DNA of 64,000 nucleotides from Lingula anatina (taxonomy: Eukaryota; Animalia; Brachiopoda). The stretch lies in NCBI GenBank assembly GCA_051362555.1, contig CM120641.1, forward strand, positions 48,304,401 through 48,368,400. The letters are read 5' to 3'. Position 1 is the first letter of the stretch; each line of letters opens with the position of its first letter. Made by a program: the position numbers and the translations under genes. The notes beneath the pieces were generated by a model. The model worked only from the letters and a program-made list of their open reading frames with translations, ran no database searches and was not told the origin of the DNA. This document shows positions 52,816-64,000 of this stretch, in pieces.

Positions 52816-55230
52816 GATTAATTCATAAACTATTTTTAAATGAAAATTTCAAATATTCTATTATTTAAACAAAGTATTCACTACACTGATAACGATATTA
52901 TAGATTTTCATATCTTCCTTTCATACCCCACTTTTTTCTTTGCATATATAATCACACAGCTGCTAAAACAGTATCAACTCCACAATTGGAACATTCACAT
53001 GATTTTACACTTCATACCTTATTATTTTCTATAACCTTCAACTACGACCATCAAAGCTCCACATTAAGCTATAGCTCTAAGTGCAGTATAAGTTATCATA
53101 TTTAAAACCCAAATATTATAGATTCTTTGACTGGAATTATTCTAATATATATATATATATATCTGGATTTTAGATTGTGTATCAAGATTCCTATATGCGT
53201 GTATGTCTCTTAAGACTTGTGGCTAAATGCACAACGCTGAATCATACAAGACAAAATTTGCCCTCTATCACTTTCCACTGATTTCCCTTCACCTGTGCAT
53301 AGCAACAGTTGCCATGGAAACAATCTCTCTGTACAACACCAACTAATGAACTATGTCAACATATTTTATCAAATATTAATACCTTAAGGTTAAGGTAGGA
53401 AACATATGTTGAATTAATAGTACGTACATCTCCTATCTCATTAAGTGCCCCACTGGGTTTTCCTGTTATGAATTATTTTTTCCATTTCAATACTTACATA
53501 TAAATTTACAGTTTGACTTGTTAACTTAGCTACATAACAATTTATCAAAAAAAAGTCTGTAGGTTTCAGCTTCAAATCCAACTAAATCATTTAAGAGATT
53601 TTTAAAAGAATGCGTGGAGCAAATCACTGCTTGAGAGGCTCTGCCAAACAGTTGCTATTAGTATAAACTGAAATAATAAATATTGCAGATGTGAGGATTA
53701 GAGGTATTTGTGATAAAGGTAAAGTTAGGATCAGCACACATTAGTATCATACTCACTTACCTTTCTGTTATTTACTAAAGGGAGAAAGATTAAAAAAGCT
53801 ATACTGAAGATAATTTTTATGTTAACAGCAAGACTCGAGACATTTTTTGTCAGAACGTAATCACTCAAAGTTCAGCAGTTTACAACACTAAGTCTAAATG
53901 ATAAGGCCAATAACATTATCAATTTTTAAATGAATCACTTTTACTCTATCTGCAAGTTGTAATGAATCAAAGGGAAAATTGCATGACAATCTAAAATAAT
54001 ATAAATAATTTAGCAAAATAGACATAAATTGTTGATCAGTGCAAAAAAAAAAAGTGACATGTTGTTTTCATATGTCAGGTAATAGAAGGCAGAGCACCTG
54101 GTGTAACACTGGGGTTTATCTTCATAACAACACACGCACACACACACACGCACGCACCCACGCATGCTACTATATAAAAGACTTCAGACAACAAATACCA
54201 TATATCAGAACACTATCTTAATGCTTTGTTTTGAAAACAGTATTAAGAACAGCTTAAAGGTCTATATTTAGATCATTGATATCCTGGATATGAACTAGAT
54301 TAACACAGGGAGAGCAGAGCAAAGATGGGGTGTGTATAGAACATGGGTTAAATTATGTAGAAAAATAGCTTCATTCCCCCCCCCCTCCCATAGAGCAATG
54401 ATAACAATTATTGTCCACATCAGTTAGAAATCTTTACATAATGCCACTTTGTGCCAAGTCCATATCAATACCTTTCGCTTTAAAATCAAGAGAACCTACA
54501 GTATATCCCTTATCCCATTTTCCCCATGTAGAGGGCAGGAAACTCACTATATGCTCGTGTTCACAGCAGATCTAACATTGACACTATTTCCTGTCCCATT
54601 TTAGACAGGTTGTGAACACAGCTTAAAGTCGTGTTTCCATTAGCTGGGTCTGAGCCAACTCAGTGGGCTGTAAGAATAAGTAAACATAATGTTTTTCTTG
54701 TCCCTCTGTTATCCCACCCTCCTCACTATAACTAACAGAAGTCATGTAGTAATAGAATGTCTATACCTATGGTGATCTGATCATAAACACACAACATGCT
54801 CAGATGGGCCAACATAACCTGGTAAGAAACACGACTTGGGGGGGGGGGGGTCAACCTTTTCTAAGGTCCCATTCAGAATAGGGGAGCAACTAGTCCGGAG
54901 GTCAAACATGAAAGCACACTACAAAGTTTGCCATCTAATCCACTAATAGACACTATACAGATATCCTGTGGGGAAGTATTCAAATGGGTCAGCCATATTT
55001 GACCCTCGAACTAGCTAGTCCCTTATTCTGAATGGGGCCTAAGTCTTATCATAACCACACAACATGCTGAGATGGGCTGACCTAACCCGATAAGAACCAC
55101 GGCTTGGAAGTCACCCTCTTGTATGTCCTGTGCTCTACTGTGAATCACCCACCTGTTCCTGCAACAGCTGCTTGGCAATTACACTGTCAGCAACTTTGGA
55201 TGAACTTCCACATACAAAACTATGTGGCAT
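24342..55230 (-). CDS. FAM13A: FAM13 family RhoGAP protein. Coding exons ~55153-55230, 49720-49915, 49004-49213, 46265-46448, 44888-45041, 44511-44615, 44145-44308, 43246-43296, 42815-42906, 42145-42232, 41518-41662, 41119-41273, 38603-38681, 37279-37615, 36252-36363, (35616-35687), 33532-33590, 33125-33183, 32679-32760, 27474-27655, 27019-27102, 26751-26834, 26312-26395, 25747-25907, 25221-25322, 24799-24853, 24342-24410
   Basis: RhoGAP motifs TFGLPLEDL, EGIFRVNG, AGLLKLFLRELP, NKMSAMALGIVFGPNLFR. FAM13 C-terminal blocks KKKIKHFEETFEAEHGYRPS, EKLAVQKVLLQFENFHGRP, LREFEDDF...GRKVQKEDR, YKQIKARLKLLDALISK. Phase-consistent GT-AG junctions; the start exon is less certain. Confidence 0.92.
27836..31217 (+). 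mobile_element. Helentron-associated non-autonomous element (HINE/pearl-like) with internal 160-bp satellite array, nested MITE and (TA)n
   Basis: Starts aacaaggcagcaaagctgtcaaatgtacagac; ends with (GAC/GGC) microsatellite + hairpin tgtacagacacatctgtgtctgtaca + aaaaa. Subterminal IR atgtacagac/gtctgtacat; 160-bp units start at ~29801, 29961, 30121, 30676, 30838, 30999. Confidence 0.8.
28352..28417. repeat. (TA)n microsatellite. Other simple repeats: (TTTA)n ~1165-1237 and ~16620-16720, poly-T 2057-2102, (TAA)n ~17946-17993 and ~20462-20500, (CT)n ~33051-33100, (GA)n ~42934-42977, (TA)n ~52739-52812
   Basis: Directly visible. Confidence 0.95.
32014..32221. mobile_element. Degenerate palindromic MITE
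   Basis: Ends tgttcagaatga / tcattctgaaca; internal caatcagatta / taatctgattg. Confidence 0.5.
34030..34240. mobile_element. TA-ended MITE
   Basis: TIR tatggtaaaaacttgaaa / tttcaagtttttaccata. Confidence 0.65.
36352..36560 (-). repeat. 40-bp minisatellite (~5 copies) spanning a FAM13 3' splice site
   Basis: Units ggcctgtaaggagaatagaacactgatcagacaagtatgg at 36361, 36401, 36441, 36481, 36521. Confidence 0.9.
36706..37139. mobile_element. Palindromic Harbinger-like MITE with duplicated right arm
   Basis: TIR ggcttcgttcacatgcaatgtc / gacattgcatgtgaacgaagcc; TTA TSD at 36703-36705 and 37140-37142. Confidence 0.85.
39328..39567 (+). mobile_element. Short HINE/DINE-like non-autonomous element
   Basis: attacctctgcca...ttatgttttcacc, (gttt/gtct) microsatellite, cataactcaaaaagttatg hairpin, 3' gcagaggt (IR of the 5' end) ...ttctagtt. 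Confidence 0.7.
46502..48755 (+). mobile_element. Second copy of the Helentron-associated element family with 160-bp satellite units
   Basis: Same 5' end (aacaaggcagcaaagctgtcaaatgtacagac) and 3' hairpin+aaaaa as 27836-31217. Three ~160-bp units at ~48205-48660; local 66-bp tandem duplication at ~47615-47750. Confidence 0.8.
50330..50500. repeat. Degenerate ~31-bp minisatellite
   Basis: Recurrent tccataattaggtgtagaactaag-like units. Confidence 0.7.
51243..51483. mobile_element. Palindromic Harbinger-like MITE
   Basis: gggtgcattcagattcacat...gtactagctagg...ccaactctgtgggagat versus atctcccgcagagttgg...cctagctagtac...gtgtgaatctgaaagccacc. Confidence 0.7.
54865..55039. mobile_element. Palindromic Harbinger-like MITE related to 16905-17205
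   Basis: TIR ggtcccattcagaata / tattctgaatggggcc; TAA TSD. Confidence 0.75.
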
Positions 55231-57639
55231 AATGGGCAACAACTCCTAATACACATATCCCATCCAGAATGATGTGAAAGTTCATTTATCTGAAAGAGTG
55301 AAAAAAAATTATTGAATTACAACATACCTATAAAATGATCTCTCATTTAACTGCCATACTGTGTGTGTGCAGATATCACTCAGTAAGTGCTAAATACTTC
55401 CTATATGACTTCAATGGTGCTTAAAAAAGGCATCAAAAGGTTGGAGACATGATCTTGGCCATAAAACCTATAAATATTACAGGCAACTGGAGTCAAGCCA
55501 TTGGTTTTACACAGCTATAAAAATGTGGTATTTTCTCTAATGAAAGGTTTATCAGAAAAATATCTGATTTCATTTGTTTGATGATAAAATGTACTATTAA
55601 TATCATTACAGCATGCTGAAACATGAAGACTCCAAGAATGACTAAGTTCAAGTGCAAACATTTACACAAATAACTGCAAACAAGGGAAAAACGAATAATT
55701 GCATATTTAATATGATATGTTTTTTGAACAATAAATATTAAATTATCATAATCATTGAATTACAGGTGAAACAAATGCCCCACCCCCCTTTTTAGCAGGT
55801 AAGACAAAGTATAGGAAGGGAAATCCATATTTTATATAAGTCACATGGATTTATCTGCATGATCAATAGTTACTTTAAGAGCTACTAATGAATACAAACT
55901 GCTACATAACACGTGCTTGATCCAATATTCCCATTGGGACATGATCAATAATCCATACTAGTTAGCAATGTTCATGTTCAAAGAACAGGTAATCCTGACT
56001 GATGATAATAGCATGGATCATGGGAATACTTGAAGGTCAGGGTTCTTGCACTGTTGGCTTACTGCAGCATTTTATCTTTCCGGGGGTCCAAATCAGATTA
56101 GACATGGATGAGGAAAAAATTTACCCTTTCAGGTTAACTTCCAGGAAGGAAGCCAACACTAGAAATAGCACTGACCTCACAATAACAACAAAATGTTCAC
56201 ATAACTAGCATCTTTTAATATATTCTGTGAGCAAGGGTTTATTTATTTATTTATTTTTATTTATTCTTTTTTTTTTTTTTTTGGGGGGGGGGGGGCAGGT
56301 GATTAAAGGTTATTCAGCTGCTGATTAAAAAGATGTTTAGCTTGCTTGGATAAGGAGAAGAAACCATGATATCACCCTTTCTATGATACAGAAATCGTAG
56401 TTTTTTTTTACTTAAATCAATTTTTCAGCAAATCTTTAGCAGTATGAAATTACAATATGCCAACTCATGACCCCCAGGCCCACAAGACTAAACCAGACAC
56501 ATTTTGAATCTGTGCATAAAAAACTGCAAACTCTGGCACAAAAAAAAAAAATTGGTCTAGACTTTAAGTAACATAGGGAAAACTGAATATGAGACTGAAT
56601 ACATTGCACAATCATTTAGCATTTAGCTAAATTGGTGACTAATAGCACTACACGAGAGTCTGTGTTAATTAATATTCAGCCACTTGCATTCCTGTATCAA
56701 TCTCTCAACACTGTGTAAATGAGAATGCCAAAGCAAAATTACTTACTAATAAACTTCATGACTGCTTTACATTTGGGTACTACAAAATAATGACTACTAG
56801 TAAGCTCCTTACCATTCAGGGCTGCTTTAAAGACCTGCAAGGTATCAGACACTCTCCTAAATGCTGCATTCGTCAGCTGTTTATTTTTTAGGATATCCTG
56901 CGCTATGGTGGATGTTCTTTTCTCTTAACAGTACTTAATTCTGAAACAAATAAAAAATGCTAAGTTTTTTTCTATTTAATTTGAAAAGGATGCTCTTGCA
57001 ACAGTGACTTTTCAATATTTTAGTTAAAGTAATAGTTTAAGTGCAAGTCATAAATTCATAATCAAAGTAGGCAGTCAGTTACTTTAGGCATGAATGATGA
57101 AACATCCATAAACTCTGACATATCAGCAGAACCAAGCTTTAGCATTACGTGGTAATCCCTTAGTGTATCTGAGACCTGGCAACATGAGAAGCAATGGGAA
57201 ATTGAAAGGAGTTAAAATTACATGTGCGGATGTTGTCACTGTGTTGTCAGAATCACCAAGATTGAACCTATTTGCATAATTCATTATTTTTTGTTGGTTT
57301 AGCATACCGAAATATATCAAAATGTTCAACAGTCCTTTTAAACCAAATAATAAAGAAATGTAAAAGACTTTTTTCTTTTTAGAACACATGTAACTGCTAA
57401 TAAAGGCAAAGACACTTCAAGTTTAATTTGAAGACCCAAGGGTTGAAAACTGAAATTGCACATTTTTTTAAACATTTCATATGCCAAATTTCAGTATTTA
57501 TAGAAAAGTATTTGTCGTCAAAACCACCTTACCTTCAAAAATACGTTTCTATAAACAGCTTTCTAATAAGCTACCAAGAACATGACTATCAAGGCTCTTT
57601 CTTTTGCATCGCATCTCTCGTTGTCAGATTTTGTGTACA

Positions 57640-57925
57640 AAATATCCACCACCATGACCTGCGCCTGCGCAAAATATGGCAACATCCGGAAATGATTGTA
57701 GCTAATGTACACACTGAGAAAGACCCATTGACAATATTGGCACGGGTTCATTGAACAAAAGAGGAACAAATCTTTCGAAGCATAAATGTAATTTTCTATA
57801 TATTTTGTCATTTATTGGTCGTTACTTGAAGCTAATTTGCTGTCGATTACACAATGACACAGTAAAGGTATTTTTTCCCATTCTTACATTTCTAAATAAC
57901 CCCTGCTCCGAAAGATGGCAGATGG
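57640..57925. promoter_or_regulatory. Bidirectional FAM13/UBR7 promoter with NRF1-like (TGCGCCTGCGCA, 57660-57671), ETS-like (CCGGAAAT, 57686-57693) and YY1-like (AAGATGGC at the UBR7 ATG) motifs
   Basis: FAM13 first-exon donor at 57531-57532 (minus) and UBR7 ATG at 57915 are under 400 bp apart, head-to-head. Confidence 0.6.
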
Positions 57926-60900
57926 AAATGGGAATTGCCCGCCAAATGATGAAGACACGGGGGTGTCAATGGTTGACGTTTTAGAAGAGGAAGAGCAACT
58001 AGAAGCAGATGCAAATGCAGTGCTGGGAGATAGCGATGATAAAAACTGCACATATGAATCGGTGAGCGTTGCAAACACACTCACCGGTTGCTCTTGCCAA
58101 TGTGATCGGAATCGGAATTTTGCTGGAAAACATGAGCATAGCGTCTCCTCTCACCCTGCTAATGACTCCATGTCATTTGTATGGATAATGTCCAAACTGT
58201 CGTTTGCTACGCAAAGAAGTTTGTAAATAACATCTGTCTACTTTTTGCATTGTTAAAGTGACAATTAAGAAATATTGAGTAGGGATGAAACTGAAAGTGT
58301 GTGTGTACTGGTAGGGAGAAGAGGGGTTTGAATAGTTACAAATACTTGTGTGTTTGCACTATTGTTATATGTTATTCTACATATAATACACTTATTCAAA
58401 AGTCCACAGACTGTATTTTTCAGTTTAATTTTACTGTTGAAGTCTGCCAAGCCAAGCTTTTTATAGTCAGTGTCTGAAGAGATTGATCATCAATTTTGAA
58501 GCATTTACAACTGTCACTTTGATTAAAATGTTGATGCTATGAGCTACTGAGGTGAAACTTGTTTGACCATAAGTACTATTGAATTCTTGGTAAAATACAC
58601 TTGTCTATGTTCCTCTAGGGCTATGTTCCGCGGCAGGCAGTGTATGCCTGTGCCACCTGTACTCCTGCAGTACCTGAGGGTAGCCAGCCTGCAGGGATAT
58701 GTCTAGCCTGTAGCTACGAGTGCCATGAGGGACACAGCTTGTGGGAGTTGTACACTAAGAGGTACACACATGATGTGCCCTTTATTTTATACTGTTTTGG
58801 TTGAAAAACAATTCTTTTATGATATACCTGTGTCTGTATTTATCTAAATTATTCTCCTTGTGCAATTTTAAGCTTGATTATGTGGCAGTTTTATCGATGT
58901 CTTATGTCTTCGATAATAATATTGCATATTGTTCTTGGTTTGATCAAATAATTTTTTTGAATAAGATGGAATTTTATAAATTTAATCGCTATTTTTGTAT
59001 TTTATTTGTTTGTAGGAATTTTAGATGCGATTGTGGGAACAGTAGATTTCCAGATTTTACATGCAAACTGTTTCCGGTAAGTTTGTTAAGTGAACGTAAC
59101 GTAAAGATAAAAAGATGAAGCTTTATTTATGTGATATCACACTATTAGATGAATCACCACATGAACTCTTTCTTTTGCTAGGGTGAAAATTGAAGTAGGC
59201 TGCAGCATATTTGACTTCATTGGTTTAAATCTTATAATCAGAATTCTCAATGTCTGTTTGACTACGTATTTTGGATATGTTACAGAACAAAGAAAGTGTC
59301 AACCCAGGCAATACATACAACCAGAACTTCAGAGGCGTGTACTGTACCTGCTCCAGACCTTACCCTGATGTGGAGGACAGTGTGAGTGTTTGAGGCACTT
59401 TTAGTGGTACACTGAACTGGACTGGTTCACTCTGAGAATTCCTAACATATATTAGAGAACAATTTCATTAAATCTTATATATCCTCACATATATTGGGGA
59501 GTTTTACTTCCTCACATTTTGGCGAGTTTTACTTCCTTTAACAAGATTACGGTAATGTACCATGAATTTCGAACAGTAGAAAATAATTAAATTTGGGAAA
59601 AGATCGTTCTGGCCGAAATTCATGAAAAGGAGGTGCTCAGAACTTCCGAAAGTTCGAATTTCATGGAATTCTGTCAATTATGACCGGAAGTTGTCTGTTC
59701 GTCGCTAGGCCTTCTGTTATCTTCTCCCGACGATCTATTTAGAGTTACCATAATGTATGATTGTGTGAGTGTCGGTAATTGCGACCAAAGGTATACACGT
59801 ACTTTCACCCGATCACTGTGTATGGCCCATATGCGTCCTCATCTCGCCGTTCGCGGGTCGGTGTCTCCGACGCATACGTAGCCTTCCCTGCAGAAGCCGG
59901 CCTCGGCACTACGGCCTCTCCTCCGTGCGAAGAGGCCACTACGACCGCAGATCGGTATGTGCGGCGCACAGGTAGCCTTCGCCACGGCAGCCGATCTGTG
60001 TATTACGGTCTCTCTCCGTCGTGTGCTGCGACCAAGATGACAGCTGATTGTTGTCTGCGATCAAATATATTAGGTTTGGTGGGGGGGGGGGGCGGGTTGC
60101 AGGGCCGTTTTATTTTTTTTTTTATTTTTTTTTCGCTCAGGCAACCAGCAGCAGCAACTGATTTCCTGGAGCATAGTTGCGTCAATGTACGCATTTGAAA
60201 AGCGTGTACGTTTTGTCATTGAAACCATCTTCAAACAAACGCGAGAGATAGGTAATCTAGAGTAAACCAAAAGGCAGTTTTTATATTCGTTCAAGGGACT
60301 GGAAGATCGTCAATAGGAGATAGTGAGCGATCTGAGCGCGACAATAAGCCAATTTCCACACTAGTTCAAGGGACTTCGTTACTATATTCGTCAGCAAGAG
60401 ATCGTCAGCGATCCGAGCAAGCATAGAAGCTTGGACTTTTTGTCCATGCTACATGTAGAAGGCAATTTTCATGTAGTCCGCAGGATATGGTTTGCTGGTT
60501 TGCGACAGGTGCGTAACCAGACATACGCACGGATACACTGTGCGTATATAATTTTTTGGCCAACCATGAAATTATTCTCTTTAAATCTAGTGTACTTTTC
60601 AAGGAATATTATCGAAAATCCCCTTCGATTATAAGTTAATGTCACATGAATGTACAAATTCTCTGTATAATTTATATATGCACCATTGTTCTGACACCCT
60701 TCTCGTTTGCTTTCACAGAACTGAGGTAAACAATATTAGTTACCATCTGAAGTCCGATCTTAATCGTCCATCTAGCTGGAACTTGTTTTACCTCTTAATT
60801 AGAGGGTAAAGTGCCCTTCAGCTCACAGGTAGCTTTTGTCTTGAGTGTATCGAACGCGATATTTATCTCAGATAAAAATCTACCTGTGTGTTATTTCAAA

Positions 60901-63664
60901 GAGCTGCTCCAGCAGACCTGGGGGCACTAGATGAAACTGATCATCGGGCTAAACAAGGAGCCAGAGAAACAAAGGAAGATTGATTTTTCCTGCAAAGTTT
61001 CAAAGAATTTTGACACGGACTTGATCCAGCTTAACCCTCCAAACTAACGGGGTGGCATGGGCAATTTTTACAAAATTTACAAACAATTAAACTTAGATAT
61101 ATTACAATTTTATCCTCTAATATAATTTTGGGAGGCATGCACCCGCATGTAAGCTGGGTGATGTCAGTTAGCCCCTAGTTAAATAAATATACCCTTATGA
61201 GCAAGGCTTTTCCCAGCGAACCGTCCAGCCGTCATTTGGACGGCCTCTGACATCACCAGACGGCCTATATTTTCAAAGACGGCTAGACGGCTTGCGACTT
61301 TTTTTTAATGACGTCTTGGCCTGTCGGGACAGCCGTGGACGTTGTAAGAAATTTTCTTAGAGTAATTTGACGTACCTAGCTTTTATGATGCGTCACAGAT
61401 GAATGGCACTACTTTGTAGTGTACGCTGATATTCAGTCACGACGAAACTACTTCCTAAAGCTTACAAAACACAATAAAATGTTTCTATGAACAAAACACT
61501 AAGCAAACTACAGGCCAATTTGTGAAAGGGGACACCTTCTGGACCTTCATACGCACGGCAACTGACAAAGCTGATTGACAAAAAGGAAAATTTCAAATTT
61601 TCAGCGATAGATCGTTCGCAATCCGAGAGAGACCAGGAGGCAATTTTCATATTTGTTAAAGAGACTTCGTAAGCCAAAGGGCGAGACGAGAACGCAATTT
61701 TCGTATCGTCAGCGTCGCAATCCGAGTGAAACGAGAAAGCTCATACTCGTTCAGTGGCTTTCGTTTGCGGCAGATTGTCAGCCGGAGATCATTCTCGATT
61801 GTTTTTAACCCTCCATCCCTCCCCATTGGAATTTATAATTTTTAAAAATATTTTTCATTTCATTTGTACATTTCAAGGGACTTCATTAGCGGAAGATCGT
61901 CAGCGGGAGATCGAGCGAGACAAGAAAGCAATAATGGTAATCTTTATTGCAGCTCTTAACATTGCTCTTTTGTTCTGTTACTGAAGTCTCTACTGTTAAC
62001 AATGCTATTGTGCGCCTCAGCAAAACTACCGATTGCTATCTCACACCGAATACTGCGGTAAAGAAACAACAGCCCGACAGTAAAACTCTTAATAGATTCT
62101 CCTGTTATCTGAATGAATGGATATGACGATGTTGTTTAGCGTCCTAAACTAACTGTACTGATCGTTATCTTGCACCTTGGGCCGCACACGTAGTACTCAG
62201 GTAAAGGTACGCTAGGGCAACATTGCCGACTGTTAGATCTTTATAAGCGCGAGAATAGCCCGGTGGCCGATTTTAAGGTGTACGAAATTCACGAAATGAA
62301 GATCGCGCAAAATTGCTTACTGGCCGAAATTCATGGTCCAGAAAAAACTCCAGACGGCCGATTTTAAGATCGTTCGAAATTCAAGAGCCGTTCGAAATTC
62401 ATGGCACTTTACCGTATTGTAGTCATCACTCTTATGACATAAAACAGTATAACGGGGGTTTTACGTATTTGTCCCATGTCTGCTTATCAGGATTCAGGGT
62501 ATTATTTTGGGAAATATCATAAGACATACTTATAACTCATTACAGTAATTGACCAGTGTTTTGTGTACTCTGCTTGGTATGAGAAGAATGATTTATAAGA
62601 AATTTTGTACTTATGATAACTGATAGTGGTAAAGGGCATTTTAACACTGCGTATTGAACTTATATCTTGGAGTCTTAACATCTTTAATATCAGTTCAGCT
62701 TGTGCTGTATTATATTAACAGAAATAAGGTTTCTTGCTGTGTTTCAGGTAGAGGATGAGATGATTCAGTGTGTCATCTGTGAGGACTGGTATCATGGAAG
62801 AGTAAGTCTTTCTCATTTTCTCTGTAGTGGAATAACCTGTCAAGTATCAAATCACACAAAGTTGTGACCATTCATTTATTCAGACTGGTTACATCTTGGT
62901 TATCTTTAAAATCACAAGGTCACCTTGTATACTCACATAACATGCTCCTGCCCCCCTCCAGCCTCTCTCATTTAAGTATGTTGTCTCCATTTTCAGCACC
63001 TGGGCACTCCTCCGCCTCAGAACCAAGATTTCATGGAGATGATTTGTGACGGATGTATGAAGAAATGTGACTTCTTGTGGCCATATGCTGTACATAGTGT
63101 TGGTAAGGCACCAGTGCTTGGGAAAGCAAATATTGTAGTTTTATTTCTGAACAATTCGATATGAAGATTTGATGAAGAGTAGGTATTTAACTTCAGTAGA
63201 ACATGGCTGATCATGGATTAATATTGATAACAGTATTTGTGCATATTTAGTTGTTCATTTAAATATTTTTCACTATTTCAGAAGTCACACAGATTGAGAA
63301 AGCTGACACAGTTGGTGTAGATGTGGAGACAGTTCAAGCTGGCAGCACAGATGCTGACACTATTGGAACCAAATCAGAATACCATAAGACTGATGCCACA
63401 GGGTCAGGAAGTCAGACAGCTGAGAGAAAAGAGTCAGAAAACCAGACAGTTGAAGCTATAAAGCCACTTTCACAAGAACACACAAATGTCGAAGCTAAAA
63501 TTGAACAGAAAAATGGGCAGTGTTCCGCCAACCTGTCTGAGTCTTCTTCTCCTTCGTGTAAACTCCAGGAGTTGCAACAGAGAGACATTCCGCGCACTGC
63601 CTCTGGTGCCACCTACTGGCCAAATGGTTGGAGGGCCAAACTGTGTCTTTGTAATGATTGCACA
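57915..63664 (+). CDS. UBR7: E3 ubiquitin ligase UBR7 (UBR box + PHD-like), 5' part. Exons 57915-58061, 58619-58761, 59016-59076, 59286-59381, 62748-62801, 62997-63102, 63282-63664; continues past the window
   Basis: VSMVDVLEEEEQLEADANAVLGDSDDKNCTY, GYVPRQAVYACATC, GICLACSYECHEGH, LYTKRNFRCDCGN, YNQNFRGVYCTCSRPYPD, EMIQCVICEDWYHGRHL, WRAKLCLCNDC. Confidence 0.95.
59550..62414. mobile_element. ~2.87-kb non-autonomous TIR DNA transposon with TA TSD (Tc1/mariner/pogo-like ends) in UBR7 intron 4
   Basis: TA|cggtaatgtaccatgaatttcgaac ... gttcgaaattcatggcactttaccg|TA. Repeated subterminal cgaaattcatg motifs; CpG-rich interior; no transposase ORF. Confidence 0.8.
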
Positions 63665-64000
63665 GTGAGTTCTCACTTATCACATTTCTACTTCTAAAAC
63701 AGCCAAAAACAAAGGAGTCGGCAGCAGTGGTTGTTTCACCAGTTTGGATCCATTATGATTTATATTCAGAATGGAAGGCTAGGGCTTGAGCTTTTTCTAT
63801 GGAATTTTGGGTTTTCGTGATTTTTAATTCAGTTGTGAGACTTCTGGTAGTTCCTGAGAAAGTTTCTAGATTTATCACCACAATAAATGTTATCAGATTT
63901 TTCCGAAGGCCCGGGCTCATTTCTGAAAACTTGAAATTTTCACTAATTTTGTCCCAAATTCTGCTTGTATTAGTCCACTTATTATTAATATAAACATAAG

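Noticed and set aside
59779-60198. 139-aa ORF inside the UBR7 intronic element
   Set aside because: Non-ATG start, runs through homopolymer tracts, no recognisable domain; expected by chance in GC-rich DNA.

Overview
This is AT-rich, intron-rich animal genomic DNA, probably a marine invertebrate such as a mollusc (inferred from the repeat types and gene style). In order, it contains: the 5' part of an unidentified minus-strand gene; two tandem single-coding-exon genes for 72-aa Cys-rich membrane microproteins, arranged head-to-head with that gene; a complete 11-exon NUSAP1 (minus); a decayed GPx exon fragment; two tandem secreted GPX3-like selenoprotein genes, each with an in-frame UGA (Sec) and a type II SECIS; a complete FAM13 RhoGAP gene of about 26 coding exons (minus); and the 5' seven exons of UBR7 (plus), which shares a bidirectional promoter with FAM13. 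Introns and UTRs carry many palindromic Harbinger-like MITEs, Helentron-associated (HINE-like) elements with a 160-bp internal satellite, and a 2.9-kb TA-flanked TIR element. The most notable observations are: the duplicated seleno-GPx locus with patchy homogenisation of the SECIS and signal-peptide regions; a possible shared leader exon spliced to either of two paralogous microprotein exons; a minisatellite that multiplies a FAM13 splice acceptor; an Aurora-consensus repeat array in NUSAP1; and a fold-back rearranged MITE. All gene models were built by eye and no database searches were run.
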